The notes beneath the pieces are model-generated. The model was not told the origin of the DNA. It did no database searches and was given only the letters and a program-made list of their open reading frames with translations. A program made the position numbers and the translations under genes. A DNA stretch of 64,000 nt from Neoconidiobolus thromboides FSU 785 (taxonomy: Eukaryota; Fungi; Entomophthoromycota): contig MU626377.1 in the NCBI GenBank assembly GCA_025603075.1, forward strand, positions 1 through 64,000, given 5' to 3'. Below are positions 37,751 through 50,289 of the stretch, piece after piece (within the stretch, counting starts at the first letter, position 1; the number at the start of each line of letters is the position of its first letter).

Positions 37751-38656
37751 TTATTTACCAAGTAGATGACATAATAAAATATCCAGCTGAGCCTTAATCC
37801 CAGTATGTAAAAACAATAGTAAAAAGGAATTCACAAGGATACCACACAAAAACAAGGCATGCGAAAACTGATTACTAATTACTATCAGATGACTGAACAT
37901 AGTATCATCAAAAAGCAATATCAAACTTGATTCAAAAATAGTAGCCAATATAGAGCCTAACATAAAGCAAAAATAAAAGACTAAAGTACAGTATATTCGA
38001 ATGATCCCTGCTTTATAATCTGTACCTTTGATATCAATGATGCCCAAACTATTAGTAAATTCTAACTCCAAGTCGATCATTTGAATGATTTTATTCACTT
38101 TAGTGATAAGTTTATAATAGCAATAGAAAATGACCAGATTTCCGATTAATAAGCCGCTGGTGATGTAATAATAAGTGATTATTGTTAATACATGTAATTT
38201 GTTTAATGGCAGGGTACAGCTAGCCCTTGACGTTGAAGGTGACAAGTCGTAAAAATAGGCACACATAAATAATAATATCAAAAATACCAACAAATACACT
38301 ATTAGTGGTATATAAACATATTTCTTTCTCTTTTTTTCAGATATATTTAATAACCTTTCGTATGCTAATGGAATATTCAAAGCTATCTCAATTACATAAA
38401 ATAAATACAAAGTGATGCCATTAAATTGACAACCTATCTTATTATCAAGTATCCTTTGACCTGTAACCCAAGTATATATTAAGTCTGGGACAACAACTAA
38501 TAAACAGAGATATTCCGCTAGTGAAATCAAAATAATTAGCTTTACATCAAGTACTCTAGGTTTGATTTGGACAGCCAAATGGATAATCAGGGCGTTTAAA
38601 CTGATTAAGATAAGTACAATTAATTGAATTATAACATTGAAGTAATTAAATAACAT
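37751..38656 (-). CDS. Class A (rhodopsin-like) 7TM GPCR, intronless
   Basis: Seven hydrophobic segments, TM3 GCQFNG, DRY-equivalent LAYERL, ECL2 Cys (SRASCTL) and TM7 LVNSF. Confidence 0.75.
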   Translation of the reverse strand: MLFNYFNVIIQLIVLILISLNALIIHLAVQIKPRVLDVKLIILISLAEYLCLLVVVPDLIYTWVTGQRILDNKIGCQFNGITLYLFYVIEIALNIPLAYERLLNISEKKRKKYVYIPLIVYLLVFLILLFMCAYFYDLSPSTSRASCTLPLNKLHVLTIITYYYITSGLLIGNLVIFYCYYKLITKVNKIIQMIDLELEFTNSLGIIDIKGTDYKAGIIRIYCTLVFYFCFMLGSILATIFESSLILLFDDTMFSHLIVISNQFSHALFLCGILVNSFLLLFLHTGIKAQLDILLCHLLGK

Positions 38657-39558
38657 GAAATGATGTGGAAAATATAGACAAAAAAGAAAAAGAATTTTTT
38701 CAGGGTAGTGAAACTTTTTTTGTTCTCTGATTTATTATTTTATTCAATTGATTTGAAAGTTATAATTTATTTTTCTACTTAATTTGTACAGATAAATCAG
38801 CTTGATTTACCTTATTTTACTATGTTTGTTATTAAAATTATCATAGTCAATTGATTAAAATATTCTTTGTTTTCAAGGTTAGTAACCTACAAATTTACTT
38901 CTAATCACTTGACTTTTTTTTCAAAAATGTGAATGTTTTTGCGTAGTCATATTGGAAATTCACTACTTTAGTTATCATAGTTAACTGTATGCTATGATAA
39001 AATTAAACTTGTTTGAATTTTCTTTAAAATTGAAGACAAATCTAACTTGTATAAATGATAAAAAACCAAAGTTATTTTAGACCTTATTTCTTGAATTTTA
39101 GTGCTGTTATTATACTAATTCTAATATAAAGTAAAATAAATTTATATCCAAATTAGTCATAAAACAATATAAGTGATATTAAATTCATTAGTTAATAAAA
39201 TTGAGGTTTCAATAAAGTAAATCGTTTTCCTAAGATAAAAGCTTGACCTGCCTTTCATTTTGGAAAATAGCATTCCATTTAATAAATTAAACTAAAACCA
39301 TTCGTTTATTACCTTGCTGAAAACTGTAGTTTAAAATTCTTCTTTGAAGAACATTTGGTTTTGGCCTAAGTTGAACATCAATAGCTATAGCCTTTAAATA
39401 TTAACAAATAGGTGACCAGATAAAAGTATATCGTTAATAGAGCACCTTTCTGTATTTTAATTATGCAATCAAAGTTTTATACAACATCAACTTGAAATTA
39501 TAGTATGACACAAATCGTAAAGAAAACATAATAATTACTTGCATTTATTAATTAAGGT

Positions 39559-39828
39559 TTAATAAGAATAGGGGTAATATTTATAGCTACGGTAATATCT
39601 ACGATACTCATAATTACGATTCATGGAATTCTTATAGTTATAATCGGAGTTGTAGTTATCATCACAATCTTCAGCATAACCACGTCGGTAATAGGTTCTC
39701 TTATTTTCATAGCCCATATCTTTGGAATCAGATATTGAAGTGGGCACTGGAAAAGCATGTGCTCTTCTTGGTATAAAAGCAGCAATGATAAATAAAGTTA
39801 ATAAGAAAAAAGGATTGGAAAACATCAT
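39559..39828 (-). CDS. Small secreted Tyr/Asn/Arg-rich protein 1 (89 aa)
   Basis: Hydrophobic signal ending AAFIPRRAHA; the 64-aa mature part has 16 Tyr. Signal DNA is conserved with the 40837-41052 paralogue. Confidence 0.75.
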   Translation of the reverse strand: MMFSNPFFLLTLFIIAAFIPRRAHAFPVPTSISDSKDMGYENKRTYYRRGYAEDCDDNYNSDYNYKNSMNRNYEYRRYYRSYKYYPYSY

Positions 39829-40364
39829 TAATTGATTAGTGTAGTAACAATTATAAAAAGAAAGATTTAATTAATATTATAAATAAACAATGGTAGTTCT
39901 TTAACAAAAGAATTTCTAAAGATACTTTTTCTCTCGATTTGTATCTCTATATTTATAGTTTTTTTGAGTTTTTACTGCCCTTTTCTTTGCTTGCTCATCA
40001 AACCGAATTTTTTGGTTGGGTTTTTAGTCATCAAACGCTTAAATGGAGTGATGATCTAAAATTAATTGAATGAATGCCTCAAATGAGATTGCAAATTTCC
40101 ATTTTTAAGGATTTATGCAAAAATGACAAAGTCTTAAGTTTAGGATTTAATTTTTCTAAAAAGCAGTAAATTTTAGCTTGTCCATCAAACATAGTATTTT
40201 TTTAATAAACAAGGCTCATATCTAGTGACTTAAGTATATTCCTGTATTTTCATGTTTTTGTTTAGTAGTGTAGAATTTCAAAAGATTTAGTATTAAGGAG
40301 TAAAAAGGAGCAGTGTTCTAAAATCGATTTCTATTCAAGTTAAACAAAGTTTTGTTTATATTAC

Positions 40365-40468
40365 AGTTGAGTGTGTTTTTTGGTTTCATCATTTTTTCCA
40401 TTTTCAAGCGCTGTTTAAATGGAAAGGCTACCAGTAAGATCTTTAAACAAAAAATACATCCCCAGATG
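40365..40468 (-). mobile_element. MITE family M copy
   Basis: Ends AATACATCCCCAGAT; lies between the two small secreted protein genes. Confidence 0.8.
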
Positions 40469-40836
40469 TTTTCGTATATCACTTTTTTTCAACAATGTAT
40501 ATTTACTGTATATAATTCGAAAAATAAATCAATTTACATAATTACAATTTTACAAAGTAAATACCTAAGTAATATTTATTAATTCAAAAATAAGAAAGAA
40601 GGAAAATAATAGTCAGGAATAATATTAGCCTATTATTTTATTGAATTATTGGCAAAAGTTGTAAATCTGAATATCCTTTTTGTTAAGACTTTTTTAATGT
40701 AAGGGTTTAATACTATCATTTTTACATAAGAAAACTATCCACTACAATTTACAAATACAATAAGCAATTGAGAAAAAAAATACTATTTTATTATTTTATT
40801 ATTTTATTATTTTATTAAAATTAATTAAAAAGAGGC

Positions 40837-41052
40837 TCAATATCTAACTTGCTTTGAATACTTATCGTATTTTCCACCCCCATTATAGTATGCATTCTCA
40901 TAATCATTTGAATAGTTAGAGTTATAATATGAGTTTCTATTATAATAGTTATTGGAACTTCCCATTGAGTTAGTATTAGGTAAAGGGATTGCATGGGCTC
41001 TTCTTGGAATAAAAGCAGCGATCAATAAGCTTGTAAATAAAAAGTAGTTCAT
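40837..41052 (-). CDS. Small secreted Tyr/Asn-rich protein 2 (71 aa)
   Basis: Signal ending AAFIPRRAHA; the 50-aa mature part has 11 Tyr. Confidence 0.72.
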   Translation of the reverse strand: MNYFLFTSLLIAAFIPRRAHAIPLPNTNSMGSSNNYYNRNSYYNSNYSNDYENAYYNGGGKYDKYSKQVRY

Positions 41053-42318
41053 TATTAATATAAGTGAGGTTGGGTTTAACTTAAGGATCTAAAGGTGTAG
41101 TATAAAGTAGAAATTTATTTTATGTAATGTAGATGTGATTTTGAATCGTATATATACTTGTGATGCTAGTTATATTTTAATATTATAAGTTTATCAAACA
41201 TTGGATTATTAATCTTTTTTAATTTAGGTTATCAAACAAATTGTGGGCGAGATTTTAATTTGTCATTTTATTTTTAACTTTGTTTTTTTTTGTTACGCAA
41301 TTGAATGCGGAGTTTTAATTTTATTAAAATGATAAAAATTGTAATTTTATGAATGATTATAATTGTATGTATTGAGCAATATTTTTATTTCGATTTACAA
41401 AGTGATAACATTCATTAAATTTCAGTGTGAACAATTAAATACTGTTATTTATAAATTTATAATTTAATATCAAATGAAATTAAGCTGAATAATTTCAAGT
41501 GCCAATTGATTGCTAAAGGTATCGGATTATTAAAAGCGAAGATAACATTAAATATACTTCATTCAATCGTATTTAAATATGAAATATAAAATTAAATGAC
41601 CATTAAATAAAGCAAGTCATACTTAAAACAGACTTAAAGCTAATATTTACTTTTGAAGTACAAAGCAATTTCTAAAGTGATCGAACTCCTTAGGCAAATC
41701 CGCTTCAGCTAGGGTGCAGAGGAGTTGCATTTTATTTTTTTCTAAAGTAAAAATATTTTGTTCTTAAGTGTAAAGAACATTTGCTGTAATCATTGAATTT
41801 TACTTTTGTATTGATTTCAGCCCAAAAGATTTGGTTTACTTTTGTAAATATTTTAATATTGTTTTTTATATGAATGTTCATTATTCAGAGTCAAGAATTA
41901 AAAAAGAGTTAGGTTTGTTTTTCTATTTAAAGCTATAAAAATTAATCTATAGATATAACTAAAATTTAATTTGATATACTTAATAACTTCATAGTGGGAA
42001 AACTAGTATTGTCGTTTTTTAAAGATGATTTAAATTTAGTACACGTAACACAATAGTATAGGATAAGAAGTGATAACAAGAAATAACATCAAGAACTCGA
42101 AACTAAATTGCGGTAAAAGTACTAAAGAACAAGAACAAATAAAATGGCCATAAATTAAGTTTAATAAATCATCTATCAACAAATGCCTTTGAGTCACCAA
42201 TCAATTTCGATATAGTGACTGACAACAGAGGGTGAACCAATCAAAAATCAAAGCGACAACGAAGCATAGAAACCAACCTAATCGAAGCAAGCCTTATTAA
42301 CTTTTTTAATAAATAATA

Positions 42319-45300
42319 ATGCAAGAGATTGAAATTTTACCTAAGGACAAATATTTACACTATATTACTTTACCTAAGAACCACGATATCATCTCTTGGT
42401 CCTTTTCGACCCATAAAAAATCCATTTTATTTGGCCTATTTATACAAAGCACCGTTAATACGTCTAGCCATAATGTGAATGAAATTAATGAATTTAGCAG
42501 TAATGATAGTAATAACCCAATGAATGGACTAGGTCTAACCGTGAATGGTACAATAAGAAGTATGAGTAGCAGGAAGCGACGGGGGTCTGTTAATTCACAA
42601 TGGAATAAACAAGATATTAGTGGTCTGGAAGTCCCTGGGGAAGAGATAAATAAAAACAACTCTAAGTTATCAATCGATATTAGCCACACAAGTGATTTTG
42701 AAACGGGTTCAAAGAAATCGATAAATTTAACGAATGGTCATAGAAAAAATAAATTTAATAAAGGAGGAGAGTTAATCGAAGTTTTGCCATTGAAAAGTTA
42801 TGACTCGAATAAAACTACTATTAAAGGAGAACACAAAGTCAATCAACCTGGAACTTATATATTATATTTCGGTGATTAGTTTTAATTTAACTTTAATTTA
42901 ATTATTTACATTTAAAAGATAACTCGAATTCTTGGAACACTACTAAAAAATTAACTTTTCATGTTACTACATTTAAAGGTAAACTTAATACTAATTATTA
43001 TTTTGCTTTATTTAATATGTTAAATAGAAAAAAAAGTAAAGATAGAGTCACCTTCTATTTCAGGATGGATATTAAAGAAAAAAAGGAAAAAGATGCAAGG
43101 TAAATTAATTTGATAATTTAATGAAATAGGAATAATTTAATAAATAGGTTGGGCAAAAAGATGGTGTATAATAAAAGAAGGTATGTTATCATATGCTAAA
43201 GATGATAAATCAATTGTTCGAGGCTCATTAAATATTGCTCATTCTGTGGCTACTTTTGATTATGATACCTTAATGTTGTTCATTGATTCTGGTAGCAATT
43301 TTTTTAGATTTAAGTTTTTAGATTTAGAGGCTTTTAAAGCATGGGAAAAAATCATAGTATATTATTTAGAGTTAGAAGATATACCACCAAAATCACCAAT
43401 ACTTAACTTAGAAGAAATAGTTGAATCTGATTCTGAACAAAATCATATTGTAAATAGTATTTCTCGATCTTTGTCCATTAAACAATCTATTTTAAATAAT
43501 AATCATAATACTCTGGATCCTACTTTATCAGAGTCTAGATGCCCAGAGTTAAAAGGGATGATTGAAAATCTATTTATTGATTTTGATTTTTTATCCAATC
43601 AAATTACTAAGACACTCAATGAGAATGATTTGAATTTACCAGACCTAAAGCTTGACGTTGAAAAAAATGGAACGGGTAAAGAAAATAAATTGCAGTTCTT
43701 CTCATTTAGATCTAAGAAAGGTAATGATGATTTATAGCGTATAATAATAAAATTAAAACTAATTTTATAGAAAATCCAAATAAATCTATAAATTCACCTC
43801 AAAAAACTAATTCATTAATTTCAACAACAATTGAAAATTTAAAATCAAAGCAAGAAGAATTAGAAGCATTCAAGCTAAAAGCGTATCAAATTTTAGAAGA
43901 AGAAATTAATCAACGTCATAAATCACAACTGAATTATTTAAATTTAGTATCTGAATTGAGTCAATTAAAAAGTTCAAGGCCATCCTCGCCTTTACCATCT
44001 CCTTCTGATCCATCTGTAACCTTTCAAAATATGATGGCACCAACTCGTAATAGTCAACATAATCGCCGCCGTTCAGTTTATAGTCGAAGACAAAGCTCAA
44101 TCATGACCATGTCCTCAGCTGGAAACAATGATGAATTTTTTGATGCATTGGAAGGCGATGAAAGTCCTGATTTAGAAGAACCAGTGGTTGTTATTAATGA
44201 ATCGGAGGATGATGATAGTGGTGCTGAAGAAGAGGAAGTAGAGAATGAAAGTAGTCATACTGAAAATGAAGAAAATGAGGAAAAGTTCAATGAAATTGAA
44301 TCTAGCAATTTACTACAAGAAGAATTAATTGAAGCAGACAATTTCGAACCTAAAGGTGAATCACCAAACAAACAAGAAAATAAATTAATTAATCGAAGGA
44401 GTCAACTTCCCTCACCAGTTTGTGGGGAAGAGATCAGTTTTTTGGGTATATTAAGAAAAAATGTTGGTAAAGATTTATCCACAGTAACATTACCAGTTTC
44501 GCTTAATGAGCCCTTAAATATCTTACAACGTTTATGTGAAGAATTAGAATATTTTGAATTATTAAATAAAGCTAATACAACGGATGATTCTTTAGAGAGA
44601 TTAATTTACATAACTGCATTTGCTATTTCACCTTATGCAGCTTCAGGTCAAAGATCAGCAAGAAAACCATTTAATCCACTTTTAGGGGAAACGTTCGAGT
44701 ATATAAGAGAAGATTATGGATTTAAATTTATATCTGAAAAAGTGAGTCACAATCCACCAATCTTTGCATGTTATAGTGAATCCGAAAATTATGAATTTTG
44801 GCAAGAATCCAGTCCAAAATCCAAGTTTTGGGGTAAATCTATGGAACTTAATTCTGGTGGAACAAGTCATATTCGACTTAAAAAATATAATGAGCATTAT
44901 ACATATAATAAAGCGGTTGGATGGATGCGTAATTTAGTTGGTGGGAATAAATATTTAGAATATTCTGGAGAAGTAATTGTTAAAAATCAAACAAGTAAAG
45001 AATATAGTAAAGTGAGCTTTAAAGAGAGCACCTTTTTTGTATCCTCAAATAATGAAATTAAAGCAACCATCTTTAATAATAAAGGAAAATCTATGTACCA
45101 ATTAGAGGGTCAATGGAGTCATTCTATTTTATGGAATAAAGGAAATGACCATTTAGAAGTTATCTTTCGTCCCAACCCACCCATTGCTAATTCAGCTAAA
45201 ATGTATAACTTTACTAAATTTGCAGTGGAATTAAATGAACTTACACCGGATATTAAAGATAAGTTACCTATCACTGATACTAGATATCGACCCGATCAAA

Positions 45301-45542
45301 GGTATTTTGAAGAGGGTAAAGTCGAACTAGCAGAGCAAGAAAAATCTCGGGTAGAAGAACTACAAAGAGCTAGACGACGTCATAGAGAACAAAATAATAT
45401 CACATATACACCCGTTTGGTTTGAACTTAAACCAACAATTGATTATGAAGGTAAAAAATGTGAGTCATGGCAATATAAAGGAGGGTACTTTGAGGCAAGA
45501 GAAAGCAAAAGTTTTAATAATTTACCTAATCTTTGGAATTAA
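42319..45542 (+). CDS. OSH3: Oxysterol-binding protein, Osh3-like (GOLD + PH + ORD), about 5 exons
   Basis: N-terminal GOLD-like ISWSFSTHKKSILFG, PH-like GWAKRWCIIKEGMLSY, acidic EFFDA FFAT-like tract and ORD signature KPFNPLLGETFE, EKVSHNPP and TDTRYRPDQR. Confidence 0.9.
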
Positions 45543-45994
45543 ATTAAGTTGAGTGTAATAAGTAATAGTTTATTTTATTTTATTTTTATTTTATTATAAA
45601 GGAAAAACGTATATTTGATTTTGATTTCTTTTTGCTTATTTTGAGTTGTATGATGGATGGATGATTTTTATACTGTTGTTATTGTAGATAGTTTGTTATA
45701 TTTTATTATTGTCTTTTGCTTATGATATTTAGACTAACTATTATAGTCGATTGAATTTAAGTTAAAAGACATCAATAAACTTTATTAAATTAATTTATAG
45801 CGTTAAGGATATTTTATTGATTTATTGATTATTACAGAAATATTGATATGATACAAGAGGTATTATTCTTGTTTAAAATATTACAATTTTGCAAAAAAAA
45901 AAAAAAATAGTATTAATAGGTTGCAACAGTAAATATTGCATTTTTAAAGCAACTGCTAGAGGGTCTCTTGAAGAGAATTTGATTTCAATTGAAT

Positions 45995-46100
45995 AAATGT
46001 GGATGTTTTTTTGTTTTCATTACTTTTACATTTTTTTAAGCGCTATTTGAGCGGAAAGTTTGTTAGTAAAATTCTTAAACAAAAAAATACATCCCCAAAT
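45995..46100 (-). mobile_element. MITE family M copy
   Basis: AAATGTGGATGTTTTT...AATACATCCCCAAAT. Confidence 0.85.
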
Positions 46101-46508
46101 ATTGACTAGAATAAAAAAGAATTATCTAGCTATTTAAGTTATAATGTTTCCTTCTGAACTTTCTATTGATAATAAAAGTTGGATTTCAAAGTTTTGAAAA
46201 TTGGAATTACTGCTACAATTAAAGATCCCTGTTTTAGGTTAAAGATTATAATGCTTTGAGTAAGAACACATCAACTGGATATTCAATTTTAAATTTTAAC
46301 ATTCTAAATAAGTAATATAATATAAGCTATGTATTTCTAAATGAAAGATAAAGTAAAAGTATCGGTAGTTGAACTTGATTATTTTAAATTTAGTAAATAA
46401 ATAAAAAATTAATGACTATTTCTAAATATATAATTGTTTTCTAATAAGGTCTACTAAAGAAAATAAATCGAAAAACTTCATTTTTATTTGTTACTTTTAT
46501 TATTAGTA

Positions 46509-48182
46509 TTAATTTAATATAAAATTTTTCAAAAACTTTTTCGATGTATTCAACACTAAATTACATAAGTGTAACATTTCTTGAGCTGAAAAATTGGCTG
46601 GTTTGGAATTAGAAGCATAAGATAAAGCAGCTAAACCTCTGTTGATAACTTGATCAGACAATGGATTTCTACCAATACAATAAATTATATATAAATTTAA
46701 AGCAAACGATAAACTACCCAATTGAAAATGTAATGAATTAGTAGATATCTCATTACTACTTTGATTGACAATATGTTTTGCTAAGTTAATAATTGTATCA
46801 ACATATTTTATTTTAATGTTGACTTTGGTTTCTTTTGGTAAAGCTATGGCAAGGTAATTCATTACATATAGTACATATAGCAAGTAACTAAGTTGAATGT
46901 TTTGAAGCATAGATCGTTGAAATGGGGTGATTACATTATTGATTAAAGAAGATATCAACTTATAACAATTAAAAGTATGTTTATTTATTTTATTTAAATA
47001 ATAAAAAGATAATATTTCAGTCTGTTGAAAGTTATTAAATCTTTTATATTTTAATTGATAAATTGATATAAAACAATACGCTTTTTTGTAATTTAAATCA
47101 CTTAATATTATGGACATTAATTCTTTAGTAGATTGAGTTATTGTTTTAGCTAATTTATAACAATTGATATCTTGTTCTATATCTTCTTTACTAAAGATGG
47201 AATGAGAATCATAACAAAAAGAACGTATTAAAAAGATATAATTTAAAGCAGAAAATGTAAGCTTTCTTTCTAATAAATGAAATTTAGATATATTTGGAGG
47301 TGAAAGATGTAATCCAAGTTTACTAGATAAATGAATAGTGGAATCAATTAAATTCTCTATATTAATAAACGGATGTTGAATTCTTCGTATGCCAAAATAT
47401 AATACAATAGAAGCTTGTAAAAGATAAAGATTGGATTTATATCTAGATACTTGAAATAAGTGAATATAAACTCGTTCTAATTGTTTCATTAAATTCAATA
47501 CATTTTTACTCGGTATTAAAAAAGTTAAGCCAGATAACCAAATAGCTATATTAAGTAACATAGGTTGGTCTTCTGTATTATATCTAGATTCTAAAAATAA
47601 AGGGATAAAAGTATTAATATTTTCAAAATAAGCTAATTTAGCCTTATTTAAAATCACTTCATTTTTTTGAATATTTAATTGTGTCACTGGATATTGTTTA
47701 CTTTTGTTGAAATTATTTTTATTGTCTATTTTTGATGAACAGAAACTTAATAAATAAAATTTTTCTAGCTTATTATTAATTTTAATATTGGAAAATATGT
47801 TTAATCCTAACAAAGTACCAAATCTATTGGCAAATGAACGCTCGTTATATTTTTTTTGAATCATCAATAAAGTAGTATTAATTGTAAGTTTATTATCTAC
47901 TTGAATAAAAGTCCCTACTATTCCTTTATCTTCATTTAGATACTTTAATGATTTTCTTTTACGGTTGAAATATCTTGGTTTCATTTGTAATATATTTATG
48001 CAATTGTAAAACATTGGGTTTTCTTGAGCTCGAACTTTTTTCTTTGTCAGTCGTAGATAAGTACATTGTATATCGCTCTTAACACATCGAATACATTTTG
48101 GAAGGCCCTTATCACATTTTACACGACTTAAATAACATTGATCACATATTTGTAACTGACCATTTTTCCACAATGAAGACAT
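46509..48182 (-). CDS. Zn(II)2Cys6 transcription factor, intronless
   Basis: CDQCYLSRVKCDKGLPKCIRCVKSDIQC (Cx2Cx6Cx6Cx2Cx6C) followed by a long fungal TF-like middle region. Confidence 0.88.
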   Translation of the reverse strand: MSSLWKNGQLQICDQCYLSRVKCDKGLPKCIRCVKSDIQCTYLRLTKKKVRAQENPMFYNCINILQMKPRYFNRKRKSLKYLNEDKGIVGTFIQVDNKLTINTTLLMIQKKYNERSFANRFGTLLGLNIFSNIKINNKLEKFYLLSFCSSKIDNKNNFNKSKQYPVTQLNIQKNEVILNKAKLAYFENINTFIPLFLESRYNTEDQPMLLNIAIWLSGLTFLIPSKNVLNLMKQLERVYIHLFQVSRYKSNLYLLQASIVLYFGIRRIQHPFINIENLIDSTIHLSSKLGLHLSPPNISKFHLLERKLTFSALNYIFLIRSFCYDSHSIFSKEDIEQDINCYKLAKTITQSTKELMSIILSDLNYKKAYCFISIYQLKYKRFNNFQQTEILSFYYLNKINKHTFNCYKLISSLINNVITPFQRSMLQNIQLSYLLYVLYVMNYLAIALPKETKVNIKIKYVDTIINLAKHIVNQSSNEISTNSLHFQLGSLSFALNLYIIYCIGRNPLSDQVINRGLAALSYASNSKPANFSAQEMLHLCNLVLNTSKKFLKNFILN

Positions 48183-48789
48183 AATGAAATTAACTTTAAA
48201 AAAATCAAAATACTTTTTTTCAATTTTTTATCTTTAATTTTACTTTTTGTTTGTTTAAATATAACTTAGTGATGACCAATTAATTTTATAGGGATTTTAT
48301 TGATTTTTTATTGAAAACTTTGTATTTATTAATCTGACTTAAATCTTTTTTAATCGATTCTTAAAATCATTGGCTGATTGTTATATTTAGCTCAATAAAC
48401 CTAAATTAACAAGTTTAATTGAATATTACAATTTAATATTGTTCATATTAAATTTAGATCATTATTAACTATATAGATGTAGTTAGTTTGATACAATATT
48501 AAAGTTTTATTTGATACAAACTGATGGTATATCAAAAGAAAAAATCTTGTGTATAACAAAAGTTATCATTTATTATAATAAACAAAAAGGAAATATTAAT
48601 ATAAAATAATAATAGAACTTATTTCCAATCTATTTATAGCTTGAATTATTATAGGCCACTATGTCTAAATTTAATATATCTTTCCAATATTGAATTCAAC
48701 TTGTACCTTTATTAAATTACATTGCATTAAAACTTATTAGAACTCGGAGAGTACTAAAAAAAGAAGTTCACTTATCGCATTTAATAGAA

Positions 48790-48880
48790 GATATAAGATA
48801 TAAGATATAAGATATAAGATATAAGATAGGAGATAGAAGATAGAAAATAGAAGATAGAAGATAAAAGATGGGAGATAGAA
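48790..48880. repeat. 7-bp tandem repeat, 13 units (GATATAA x5, then GATAGAA-type x8)
   Basis: Read directly; about 600 bp upstream of the Zn2Cys6 ATG. Confidence 0.92.
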
Positions 48881-49526
48881 GCCTTTTCAATTAACAACAT
48901 AGATAGAAATAACATATTAAATTGGAATTAATAAAGTCATTAACAGTGATGATTTGTTTTTTATGCTAATGAGTGGAAAATAAAGATCTTGAGAAATGAT
49001 ATCATTGGAGGATCTTATCCCTAATTTTTATTTTCAGCTATAAATTCCAAATTGTTAAGTTAGAATAATAGAGTAATTAGTTGTAAAATAATAACTATAA
49101 GATAACCAATAATAATAGAAGTTCTTTAATATATTAAATTTCAAGACTAATTAAACTTTTAGTTTTATAATTTAATACTATTATTATTTATTATTATGAT
49201 TTTAAAAGACTAAAATTAATATTAATAGGATTCTGTTAAATATTCAATTTCGTTAAAAAGTTGATCCGAAATCTCATTACTAGTGGTAAAGAAATGGGCT
49301 TCCCTTTTTTAGAATTTATTATCCTAAAGTCCCCTGGATTTTTCCTTATAGTCGATATGATCCTGCATAAATAATAATAACTGTTGTACCATTTTTAAGT
49401 TATATTATAACTTGGAATTGAATATCAACGATTAAAAAGTATATAAAAATAATGTAAATCTAAAATATAAGTGAATCAAATGATTCTCTTCTTTTACTTG
49501 TATTAGAACAAAACAATAAATTCAAT

Positions 49527-49631
49527 ATATGAGGGTATATTTTTGTGTTAAGAATTTTACTAACAAATTTTCCGCTCAATACTGTTTAAAAGCTGGAAAA
49601 AGTAATGAAGCTAAAAAAAACAGCCACATAT
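49527..49631 (+). mobile_element. MITE family M copy
   Basis: ATATGAGGGTATATTTTT...ACAGCCACATAT. Confidence 0.82.
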
Positions 49632-50161
49632 ATCTGCATTTAAGCTAAAAGTGGTTCTAAAAGTTCAAGCTCGCGCAATAGTAATCATAAGATTAAGTTA
49701 TGGTTTGGATTAGAAGTTTATTAAAGAGATTATTAGTTAAATCGTGAAACTAACCTTATTTAGTTTATCCCTTAGTTTTTCACTATCCTTTCTTTTATAA
49801 TAGATTTTAATATTATTAATGTATTTCTTTTATTTTAAAATCTTCTATTATTGTTTAATATTAAGGTATTTTTTCAAATATAAATTGAAGTTTTTATCTT
49901 ATATATTAAATAGGGAATTAAGTTTTAAAAAACATTAATCGATTTGTGAAAAATAAATTAATTTTTTATAAAATAAAATGCAAGCTTTCATAGCTAAACT
50001 TCGAAATGGGATTTTTGAAAATTTTAATACAATAGAGAGGAGCACATTATAAATGTTATAATTCATTTGCGTTATTTTAACAACTATTCATAATAACTCA
50101 AAGTTTATGGAATTTTATAATAAAACAAAAAAAAGAAACAAAAATGGTTAAAGTTTATCAA

Positions 50162-50265
50162 TAATGAGAATGTTTTTTTTAACTTCATCGTTTTTTCCAT
50201 TTTTTTAAGCGCTATTTAAGCGAAAAGTTAGTAAAATTCTTAAATACAAAAATACATCCCCAATA
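50162..50265 (-). mobile_element. MITE family M copy
   Basis: Ends AATACATCCCCAATA; sits inside repeat family R5 upstream of the transposase relic. Confidence 0.85.
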
Positions 50266-50289
50266 ATAAACTTAAGTAATATATGAAAT

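Noticed and set aside
37751-38656. Type-2 opsin photoreceptor
   Set aside because: No lysine in TM7 for the retinal Schiff base.
39559-41052. Dikaritin/ustiloxin-type RiPP precursor
   Set aside because: No repeated core peptides between KR sites and no DUF3328/UstY or tyrosinase gene in the window. It remains possible only if tailoring genes lie elsewhere.
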